Shown piece after piece: positions 26,501-38,500 of a DNA stretch of 64,000 nucleotides; position 1 is the first letter of the stretch; each line of letters begins with the position of its first letter. A model generated the notes under the pieces. It was not told the DNA's origin. It ran no database searches and worked only from the letters and a program-made list of their open reading frames with translations. The translations under genes and the position numbers were made by a program. The stretch covers positions 4,650,001 through 4,714,000 of the forward strand of contig OZ210885.1 of NCBI GenBank assembly GCA_964658305.1. The letters run 5' to 3'. The DNA is from Leptogorgia sarmentosa. Lineage: Eukaryota.

Positions 26501-29500
26501 CGGTCCACCAGGGACTAAATTTTAAAAAATCGCAATTAAAAAATGTAATTGAATATGTGCATTATGTATATCAATAATATAATATAAATTATTTAACCAT
26601 CAAATTAAAAGCTTTCTGACCATTCCATGCAATAACATAAAAAAGAAAAATCGTTTTTGAATTTTTATCAAAAATTAGATTTCTTTTTCGCTAAATTTCA
26701 CCAGCTCATTTCAAAAGGAAATTAATCTCAGATACGTACCTGCTTCTTTAGTCATAAAGTTGTGGTAAGCTATGGTAGCATTCCTTAAAGAACCATCTTG
26801 TGTCTGGATACCAACGGTATACTCAGTGTACGGTTTCAGTCCATGAAGAACAAACTCATTTCCATATTTCTCACGAGATATTCTAACAATCCGTGTGCTG
26901 TCAGAGTGTGTGCCGTTCAGATAAATGATAAAATGTGTGATGTAACTGGACACCTCTGTTTGTGGTATTGTCCAAGACAAATGAGCAGAAAAATTCGAAG
27001 GGTTTGTCGTAATATTCTGTACAGGATCTAGCGAGAATCAAAGTGAGTAAGTCAATGCTTTAAAAAAGAAGATTTCTACACTCCACTTAAGTATTCTCAA
27101 CCAATAAAGTTTCTACAAAAAAAGTCGTTAGTTGATGACTATTTCAAGGCCAACATGATGTATACCTCAACCTGCGGTTAAACTGACCAGAATACCGACC
27201 CTGTTGTGTTGTCAAGTCGTTGTTTTGATGTATAGAAAATCAGTCACAGACATTGTCAGCGATTTTTTTGAAGTTATATTGTGTAATGTACGTGTAAAAG
27301 TGTAATAAGGGATAAGTCAAGAACCAATGCCATACCTACTCTACAGAATTCTGTTCTAAATGGGGCAGTGCTCTGTGTTGAGTGAAAAGTGAATGGTAAT
27401 GCATCTGTAACACTTTGGAAGATCCAATGTCAAATTTTATATATTAAATTTACCTGGAGGTCTAATCTCTGTTTTAACACTACTGCTCCATTCTGTCGAG
27501 TAGTACGAGTCCTAAAATGATACTTATTAGAAACCAAATTCACCAGGAGAGAAAGATCAAAAAATGTAACTTCACATTTTCTATTCTTTGAAAAACTTAC
27601 GTTGGTTTCAAAAAATCGCAAGAACACGATGTAACTTGAATTCTGTTTGAGAGGTTGGTTATAGCAGAGTTTATTTCCAAAATTAAACTCCTTGCCATCA
27701 CCAATCACGAACAATAAAGGAAGAGCATCAGCTTTGAAATAGGCAGTGATATAAGGATCCTGTGTGCTGTTCTGGTAAGGTTTCAGATCGTTTGTTTCAA
27801 TATCTTCCACTGGAGTTGGAAATTCTGGAGAAATTTGCACGATGACCATCACTTCTCTAAATAACAAACATGGAGACTGCATTGATATAAATTATATAAT
27901 CAATAAAATTTGTCAACAAATCACGCGTGTCGTAAGTTGTTTGATGCTTCTCATTAAGGACCTGCTTATAAAAGAAGAACACGTAATTCATGGTGCTGGT
28001 TTGGGATTGCATATAACGTTTTTCATTCTAGGGTAATACATGATGAACACTAATTGGGAATGAATTAAAATTGTCGTTATCGGGAGAACTTACTTGATAT
28101 ACGTCGCTTGTTTCGGTAGTGTTATGTTTACACTTGAATGTGATATCACGACAAGGTTAACTTGCTCTGAAAATATTTAAAATTTAGATATATTCAGGAA
28201 CGCCTTTCGATTCGTGGGCATGCACAATTTGGATACGGGTACATTACCATAGGGCAAGTCGTTTGAAGTGCTAATCTTGGGAGAAATTTATATCACAAAT
28301 AAATTTGTGCATGACGGTATTTCAAATCAAAGAACGAAAATGTCTGTAAAAACAGGTTATATTTTCATGTTACGCACAATAATTCATTTCTATCACATCC
28401 TATCCCCCCAACTGTAACACTAACTTCAAGGCTAATGCCTAACCCTATCCCCTTCTAACCCGAACCGTTTTCGTGACTGCGTAACATGAAAATATAACCT
28501 AAAAACAGCACAACTTCTTTGGGGAATGTTCCAAGTTTTAAAACAGATAATCTGTTGGAACAAATTATTCCACCTATAATTAAACAATTGGCCACGCTGA
28601 ATGAAACTAATATTAGAGAGTTTAAGCTTCGCGTTCAAACGTCAAACGACAAACGCCAGGCAAAGACTAATTTTACACTGAAAGGCGGTAAAGTGCATAT
28701 GATTTGTTGTTTCTAAAACTTCAATGTGACAAGAAGATTTGAAACGAATTGGTTAAACAAAGATTCGGCAACGAGAATTCGGCCCTGACGTTCGCCGTTG
28801 ACAGAAAACGCGAAGCTTAAACTCTCTCTTAGCTATATCCAACGGCCACAGCAGAGCTGTTGATGCTATATAGCCAGGGGCGAAACTTAAGGGGGGGTTA
28901 GGGGGGGTGAGTAACCCCCCCAATGCTTAACTGTGCAGGGCAAAGAGGCAGTTCGCAGGGCAAAACGAAATGAATATATATTCATTTGAAAAAATTTGAC
29001 TATCAACAGTTTTGAATTGGCATTAAAGTTGGCATGAAACGTTTTTGTGCTTGTAAGCCGACTCGCGGAGAACCCCCACCCCCCGCTCGCCAATAATTTA
29101 GGAATATGCAGGGTATTCCATTTTCTTGCAGGGCATTTTTGCCCATAACCCCCCCCCAATGACAAGGTGCAAGTTTCGCCCCTGTATATAGCAGACAGTA
29201 AAGTTGAATTTCATGTCCTTTATAGTAAACGTCATACGATCTCCACCACTGAGGTAAAAAAACCTTCAATATCTTCAACACATGCAAAATTTGAACACTG
29301 TCGTTTTATTCATTTACCTCCGTTTGTTATTTTACTGATTGTTGAACTCTTGTTTCCAGAACCAATCTTTGTGCTAGCTGCCACTGTCACCAAGTACTTT
29401 GTAGATGGTTGAAGGTTAGAAATGTTATACGACAAGAAAGATGAATTAATATTTGAGCAATTCCAATTGCCATAAAAAATGTAAGAACTGTAGCAAACTT

Positions 29501-32500
29501 GATACCCAATCAGCTTTCCATTCCACAAGTTTTTCTCAGGTGGTTTCCAAGAGATTCCCAGTGAATCTTTGCTACGGGAATGTATAGTCACATTCAATGG
29601 GGATCCACTAGGGACTAAATATCATAGTTTAAAAATGTCAATAAAAAATGTGATCAAATATGTACATTATGTATATCGATAATGTAATATAAATTGTGCC
29701 CCTTTGTCCCCCTCTGGCGCCGCTACTGTTTAGACGGGTTTTATCAAAAATGAGATTTTTTCGTTTAAGATTTTAGCATAATTTTAAAAGCATATTAGCT
29801 AATTAGTTTAATTTCAGATACGTACCTGCTTCTTTAGTCTTGAAGTTGTGGTAAACTATGGTGGCATTCCTTAAAGAACCATCTTGTGTCTGGATACCAA
29901 CGGTATACTCAGTGTACGGTTTCAGTCCATGAAGAACAAACTCATTTCCATATTTCTCACGAGATATTCTAACAATCCTTGTGTTGTCAGAGTGTGTGCC
30001 GTTCAGATAAATGATAAAATGTGTGATGTAACCTGGCAATTCTGCTTCTGGTAATGCCCAAGACAAATGGACAGAAAAATTCGAAGGGTTTGTTGTAATA
30101 TTCTGAACAGGACCTGGCGAAGATCGAAATAAGAAAGTCAATGAATTAAAAAATGAAGATTTCTACACATCACTCAAGTTCTCCGACCAACAAATTTTTT
30201 TAGAAATGTAATTATTGGTTGATGACTCTTGCTAAACTGCACAGAAAAAGACACTGTTGTGTAGTTTTAAGGTTTTGAAACTAATCAGTCAAAAATTGAG
30301 GTATATATTTATAGATTTTAACCCATCGCCCTAATATGTTTATTTATTTTGTGGCTATGTTGAAGTAACAATTCGGAGACTGTTTTAAACTATTTAAAAC
30401 GTATAATGCAGCCAAATAATTGTAGTATTTCGCACCAAATTCAAGCTTATATTAGACATAATAACGTACGGATAACAAATGGTTCTCCAAATTAAAAAAA
30501 AAATGTCAATAAAGCCAATGAATTCCCGACCGTGTTGCTATCACAATTGACCTCATGCATGCAGGCAGCTTCATGTTCCAAATATATAACTATAGTAAGG
30601 CGAGGGGTTGCTGCATACATGTATTCCTGGCAGTTATGGCATACTCCACAGAGTTATGCTCTAAATGGTGCACTGCTTTGTATGGAGTGAAGAACGCATG
30701 GTAATGCATTTGTTACACAACATTTATTCTATAGTATTTCAACGCACGGCTTTATACAGAAGTATAATAACGACTGTATAATTATTCGTGTAGTTATTCC
30801 GCTTTATGTTGATAAGATCTGATGTAAAAATTATTGCATTAAATTTACCTGGAGGTTTAATCTCTGTTTTAACACTACTGCTCCATTCTGTTGAGTAGTA
30901 CAAGTCCTGAAATGATTCATTGATTAGAATCTAAATTCATCTGGAAATAAATATCAAACAAATTTAACTTCACATTTTCAATCATTTAAAAAACTTACGT
31001 TGGTTTCAAAAAATCTCAAGAACACGATGTAACTTGAATTCTGTTTGAGAGGTTGGTTATAGTAGCTTTCATTTCCAAAATTAAACTGCTTGCCATCACC
31101 AATCACGAACAACAAAGGGAGAACATCAGCTTTGAAATAGGCAGTGATATAAGGATCCTCCCAGCAAACACACGACGTCGTTTCGACGTCGAATTTAGGT
31201 TGATATTTGGTCGGGACGTCGATCGACTATATATCGACGTTGAATCGACGTCGTTATCCTGACCTCATATCGACGTCGACAAACTGACCTCGTTTCGACG
31301 TTCAATCGACGTCGTTATCCTGACTTAATATCGACGTCGACAAATTGACCTCGTTTCGACGTTCAATCGACGTCGTTATCCTGACTTAATATCGACGTCG
31401 AAAAATTGACCTCGTTTCGACGTTGAATCGACGTCGTTAATCTGACTTAATATCGACGTCGAAAAATTGACCTCGTTTCGACGTTCAATCGACGTCGTTA
31501 TCCTGACTTAATATCGACGTCGAAAAATTGACCTCGTTTCGACGTTCAATCGACGTCGTTATCCTGACTTAATATCTACGTCGACAAATTGACCTCGTTT
31601 CGACGTTCAATCGAAGTCGTTATCCTGACTTAATATCGACGTCGAAAAATTGACCTCGTTTCGACGTTCAATCGACGTCGTTATCCTGACTTAATATCGA
31701 CGTCGACAAATTGACCTCGTTTCGACGTTCAATCGACGTCGTTATCCTGACTTAATATCGACGTTCAATCGACGTCGTTAACCTGACCTGAACATTAAAA
31801 CTAATTAAAAATATATATATTTACGTTTTGGGCCCTATAACTGACGTTAAATATGGATCAGCATATTTTAATTTATACCCCAACATACAATTGCATATCA
31901 ACACTTTAGAAACTGATCTTTTGGGCAAAGTTCGTACCGACGACTACGTTTGCTATTTCAACCTTTTTCAACATGTGATTGATCGTATTTACTAAGACAT
32001 TGATAGTTTTAAATAATTTTGAACTTTTGGGTAGGGTATTTGTATAGGAAATTACTCGGTTCGAGAAGTATTGATGAAAAATTGCACGCGTGCTTGGACT
32101 TTGGCGAAATACGAATAAGGTGTCGCGCATTCGGCCCAAACTCGGTTCGGGCCGTTCGGCTCGGCATACAATCGGCGATGACACGAGACTGAGAATCATG
32201 GGAAGTGTTGTCATAGACGCTCACAAACCGCGTGTATTCAAAATTTCACACAAAGGATTTCATTGCTTGTCGTTGTTCTTGTCTTTTGGGGATAATTTCC
32301 CGTTCATTTAGTTGATTTAATTCAAGACTACAGAAAAGGTTAGTATAATATGCAACTTGTTTATTTTTATTTTGTGATATATCGCTTTATATTTCGTTCA
32401 ATCAGTGTGCACTGCGATGCGCTTCGAAGTGCTCGTGCTTCAAAAGTGCTGGTTCAATAAACTGAACTGAAACACTAGTGATCAGCACTATAATTCACAA

Positions 32501-35500
32501 AATTAATCGCTTCTACACAAAGGTCAATTCTGTATCGTATATTCTTACTATGCTACAGAAAAGTCGATTCCTAGCTCTTCCTCGACAATGATGTGTAACG
32601 TTTGTGTATTTGATTAGTACGTAGTGTTACATTTTACAATCCAAATCAATCTAGTAGTTTAGTTTGACTTTGTCAGCCTGGTTTCATCAGTGATATATTA
32701 AAAACCGAGTATTTCTGCGTAGGAAATTTTTTGTAATTGATTTAGGCTGGTTTTCAATTTTTTCAAATAGAATTTCAGACAACCAATTATACAGACTGAG
32801 CATACAAAGAGGCAGTGTAAGCGAATTTTTTAGGGGGGGGGGGGGGGCTTTAAGCAAATAATCACTAGTTAGTAGGGTCATGCATAACTCATCAGGTTTG
32901 TTAAGCAAATAATCACTAGTTAGTAGGGACATAACTCATCAGGTTTGGCAAAAGCGATTAAGCAAACTGATTTTTTTGATATCCTTTCAAAATTTGTTGA
33001 CTTAAACTGGCTACAGTAGATCAAGACTATAAACCTGAACTACAATGCCATTGCTATGCTAATTCCATACTGGCTGGCACACATATTGTGTTGAAGATGA
33101 AAATTGAGAATTACTTGCTTTCAATAAATCGATTAACAAAGCCATCAAAAAGATAACTGCTTAGTTATGTAGAGGGATATACTGTAGCTACATTAGAGAG
33201 ACAGGCTTAATTAATTGATATTTTTCACTTATTAGAGCACCGAAAGTGATGTTTATAAAGCAATGGGACAGATTTTAAAGTATACTCCGGACAGGAAAGG
33301 GGGAAGTAGAAAGTCTATCTATAATCGATCATTATGGGACATTTTTCATAATAAACATATAGTCCATACACAAGATTGATAACTGTAACTGCAGAAGATA
33401 GTATAATATATATAGGTCCAAATTGGAATCGCTTAATTACAGTTCGGTGTTTGTAAATAATCAAGTGTACTAAAGTATATAATATGTAATATGTAAGATA
33501 CTGACTGAGTTCGAAAATAAATATATCATCAAAACAAATTGCAACAGAAAATTTATTAATTTTGATCAATTTGCAACTTCGTCGCATTTTCCAACGTACT
33601 ATCGACGTCGAAAAGTCAACGTTGAATCGACGTCGAAACGTCAACGTTGAATCGACGTCGAAAGTCTAACGTCGATTCGATTTGCGTTTTCGACCTGTTT
33701 TTCGACGTCGTATCGACGTCGAAAAGTCAACGTTGAATCGACGTCGAAAGTTCAACGTTGAATCGACGTCGAAAAGTTAACGTTGAATCGACGTCGAAAC
33801 GTCAACGTTGAATCGACGTCGAAAGTCTAACGTCGATTCGATTTGCGTTTCCGACCTGTTTTTCGACGTCGTTTCGACGTCAGGTAGTAACGTCGATTCG
33901 ACGTTGAATCGACGTCGGTGTGCTTACTGGGCTGTGTGTTGTCCTGGAAAGGTTTCAAATCTTTTGTTTCAATATTTTCCACTGGGGTTGGAAATTCTGG
34001 GGCAATTTGCATGATGACCATCACTTCTCTAAATAACGAACATAAAATCATGGGCGTCATACGATGTTAGACGCTTCTCTTAAATAGCCTGCTTAGTACA
34101 GGTAATATAGCGTGGTTTCGAGTGCAATTTGGATATAATATGCACGAGTAAGTTTTTCGAAGACCGCAAAGTAGGTCGAGCTCGTACTAGCTTATTAAAA
34201 ATTTACATAAAGTACTCGAGACAATTGTAGTTTCACATTACATCTCACAGCGAAAGTTCACCGGCAGATTTTTCTTGCTTAGTTATTTCACATTTTACAG
34301 CGATAACAGTTTGAATTTAACCCAACCAAGTAACTTTTGTTAGTTTTGTTTAACATACAGTTTTTTCCATGTTAAGAAAAAGACAAAAGCCGTGTTTTTT
34401 TATCCGAACACAACTTCTACTTTATGTAGCGCGGTCGTCATGATTGTTTTGTTTTTAAGCAATCTGTCGCGTCAGCTCTAATTTCATTGGTTCAAAGTGA
34501 TTACAGATTTTTTCCCTGTGATAGGAGAAAATTGCACCGTGTGAGTCCGTAACGTATAATTTGCAACGTTTTTCATTGTAGACTGTGATTATGTCTGGTG
34601 AACTTACTTGATATACGTCGCTTGTTTGGTTATAGTTATGTTTACACTTGAATATGATATCCCAACAACATTAACAGGCTCTATAGAAAGGTTGCAAACA
34701 TGGTATCACACAGGAACTCCTTTTAGTTAGCGGGCATAATGGAACTTTAACCTTTTAGACCAAATTTTAAAACAATTGGAAATAAGAAATTCTATCATCA
34801 CAGCTTGAAAGAAAGCTAGAGCATCCTAAATGTAATAAACCTGCAGTGTTTAGTTACGAAATATAGGAAAATATGACCTTGCGAATTTGGCAATTTTTGT
34901 ATACTTTTGTATTACGCGCGGAGAAAAGTTACCCGGTGCGCGAAAATATAATACAATTTTTTCGAAAACGGAAAGGTATTTTTTTCGCCGCGTAATAGAA
35001 AAATATAGAAACATCTCATTTCACTTATCATTATTTTACTTTAAATTCATCCCTAAACGACTACAAAACAACTGGCTATATACGGTAAATAAATCCAATA
35101 TCCATTGCTCGGGATAATTGGGGTGGGGACATACCGATTGTTTGTAAGGTATGTGGACATTCACGAATATCCGAATACGCCTCAAATTTTTGATCTGCAG
35201 CTACCTACTTACAGCAGAGGCGTCTTTGTTATAACAGGTACAGTTGAACTTCACGACCTTTGTAAACGTCGTGCGATCGCGACCGATGAGACAAAAAATT
35301 CCTTCAACATTATCAACACATGCAAATCTTGACCGCTGTCGTTTTATTTCATTTACCTCCGTTTGTTATTTTACTGATTGTTGAACTCTTGTTCCCAAAA
35401 CCAATCTTTGTGCTGGCTGCCACTGTCACCAAGTACTTTGTGGATGGTTGAAGGTTAGAAATGTTATATGACAGGAAAGATGAATTAATATGTGAGCAAT

Positions 35501-38500
35501 TCCAATTGCCATCAAAAATCAAAGAACTGTAGCAGACTTGGTACCCAATCAGCTTTCCATTCCACAAGTTTTTCTCAGGAGGTTTCCAAGAGATTCCCAG
35601 TGAATCTTTGTTACGGGAATGTATAGTCACACTCAATGGCGGTCCACCAGGGACTAAATTTAAAGAAAAATCAGATTTGAAAAATCAAAACAGAAACGAT
35701 GGTATATATAAATGATGTATAAAAAATATTAAACCACGTAATCTTTTTATAATAATTTATGAAGTAAACAATTACGATTGGCATAGCAGAATATAGGGAA
35801 AGAAAAAATTGGAAATACATTTCACGGCATTCATAATTCATTACAGAAAATATTTTATATGCCGATATATAATATTTTCACCGGTTTTACTCGTTTTGAA
35901 ATTTTATTAGTAGTATGTTTTTTGTGCTGAATTTTTCACTATTGTATATAAAAAATATATCAATATCTTACCTGCTTCTTTCGTTTTGAAGCTCTGGTAA
36001 GTTGTTGTAGCGTTCTTAAGAGAACCATCTTGTGCCTGGATACCAACAGTATACTCAGTGTACGGTTTTAATCCATGTAAAACAAATTGATTGCCATATT
36101 TCTTACGAGATATTTTCATGATCAGGGTGCTGTCAGATTGTTGTGTACTGCCCAGATAAATGGTAAAATGTGTAATGTAACTGGACACTCTGGCTTCTGG
36201 TATCGCCCAAGACAAATTGACAGAAAAATCCGAAGGGCTTGCCGTAACATTTTGTACTGGAGCTGGCAACTGAACTATATAGGATCAAAATAAAGAAGTG
36301 AAAAAAGAAATATTTAATTGCGCAATTAACTGATATTTTCTATGTTAAGGTTATTATAAACTTAAAAGTAATGCCTTGCCTTCTCCACAGAGTTCAATTC
36401 TAAGACAAAAGTCCGTGTCTGTAACTGATTGTATCTTTATATATCTGACGTTATAAAGATCAACTGGAGTACTCGATGCTTGGTACCCGTTCTGGTTTCC
36501 ATTCACCTGTATAAAGAATGGAAAGAATCTTTTCAACAATATTAGCAATCATTGAAAACCTTAGTTTTCAAATATATTTAACACGCGGCCAACCTGGCCA
36601 AATTGTTTGGTGTGGCCATACTGTAGCTATGTCACGTATCTCGCGCTCAAAATGTAAATTTCAAATTTTGAGGTTTCTCAGTCGACAGACTCACTCAAAA
36701 AGCTTGATGGATTCATAAATTCATGATATAAAAAAAAATAAAAAGAATTTGGAGGGTACGCCAAAGAGAAATTAAATTACGTTTAGTTACGGCATTTATT
36801 GTTAAAACCAAGGCTTTATTATTGATGTTGACATTGATGCTCATAATTTTTATATTCATCTTACTCAATAGTCAGACATAGTTTCGAAGATAGGGAACAG
36901 TTTTTTCGAGATAATAATTATAGAACAATTTGATTTTGAGAGAAACGCCAAAAAGATTTCAGGTTCTGAACACATTTCGTAGAAAATACACGCCAAAAAA
37001 TTATCCTCCTAATGAATCCAAAATTGAGCTCAGTTGCCTACAGGACAGATATTATCCAATGGCAACTTGAAGTCCTGTCGTGCAGGCAGCCATGGTATGA
37101 TCTCAAATATGTTGCTGTATACTTACATTTACTGCTGCAGTGCCACCTACGAAAGTTTCCGTGCGGCTGTATCGTAAGGAATATGAATTGCTCCATTTTG
37201 ACTGTTGTTTGTCGCCCATAGTAACCACCCGCGTTATGTGGTAGTCGTTTTGAAGATTGATCAAGAGGTATTCAGTTCCATAACCCAAAGAACACCAACC
37301 ATCACCATAAAATCTCGCCTGGTGGTAGTCATTAGAACCACCACGTCCAGAAAATACGGCATTTGGGAACATGGTGACGTCCTCTAGCAATGGTTTGTTG
37401 CATATCTTGCCTGAAATAAACAGTAGTAACCATAGGCAGCCATAATAAAGGTAAGTGTCGATCATACATCAAAATAATTAATGTGGGGTCACAGTGAAAG
37501 TTCTCACTTCATTACTAAGTTCAAAGATTCAATTGCGTAATTTATTAAACGACAATGACGTCATTTTACCATATAAGGGCGAGACAGAGTGCAGATACCC
37601 AGCCGTATATTGCACTCGCCGTATTGCACTCTAATATACTGGTTTGAAAAATACAGTTGTGTGTCGTATAATAAATTCCTTATTGAATGGTTTGACATGC
37701 AATACGGCCTGGTATTTTACTCGTTTCTCGTATTCGTAAAATACCAGGCCGTATTGCATGTCAAACCATTCAATAAGCTATATGTAATTAGGCTCAAACT
37801 CAAATGAGGTTTAAACACGGGTAATTTTCTTTCTGTGCGTTGATTCAATCAAAAGTATGAGCTGGTGAATAGCAGCGAAAAAAAAGTTAAAGTATTATAA
37901 TAATTTTGTGCCTTCGCATCATGAATAAATATAACTCATACTTTGTAGATACGCCACCATATATTTATATTTTTGCAACGATTACTACTTGTGAGCCGAC
38001 ACCTATGAAAACCCGGACTTACGGATCAAAACTTTTCAAAAATTAAAATACATAGGTGATCTACAAATTATAATTGATAAATAATTATTAAATGTGGTCG
38101 AGTAGTATATGAGGAATCGTTAAGGCAGAGATTTAAGTTATCTGCCGAAGAACAGCAGGCAAACCAATGCCTTAATAATTCCTCATATTCTACGAAAACC
38201 GAATTCAATAATTGTTTCACTATTCATTTGTACAGATCGGACTTTGGGTAAACGTAGCTATCGATTGTAAATAAGAAACTTTCCTGTTTCAATTTGTACT
38301 TTCCCACTTTTTGTATAAGCATGATAAATTAATATAACGGCATAATGTCATATAATTTTCAATACACGACCAATTAGGTCATAATGTCGTATATGAGTTT
38401 CGTGATGACAAAACAGCTACCGAACAGGTATGACGATTTCATCCACAGCCCTTAACCAATCGAAACTCTTGAATTGCTGTCAATACATCATAACTACAAT

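Larger units (their letters stand above)
31160..33931. mobile_element. Non-autonomous CACTA/EnSpm(CMC)-like DNA transposon, 2772 bp
   Basis: Termini CCCAGCAAACACACGACGTCG / CGACGTCGGTGTGCTTACTGGG. 2-bp TSD CT, compared with the empty site ggatcCTgtgtg in unit 2. Subterminal GACGTC-rich tandem arrays at both ends. No transposase ORF. Superfamily assignment is inferred from the CCC ends, 2-bp TSD and subterminal repeats. Confidence 0.85.

Noticed and set aside
31170..31790. CRISPR-like regular palindromic array
   Set aside because: The units are contiguous 61-mers with no unique spacers, there are no cas genes, and the context is eukaryotic. They are subterminal repeats of a TIR transposon.
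10412..36274. Dscam-like mutually exclusive exon array
   Set aside because: Exons alternate A-B-S-C-D in strict order with compatible phases, consistent with a constitutive tandem domain repeat rather than clusters of alternatives.
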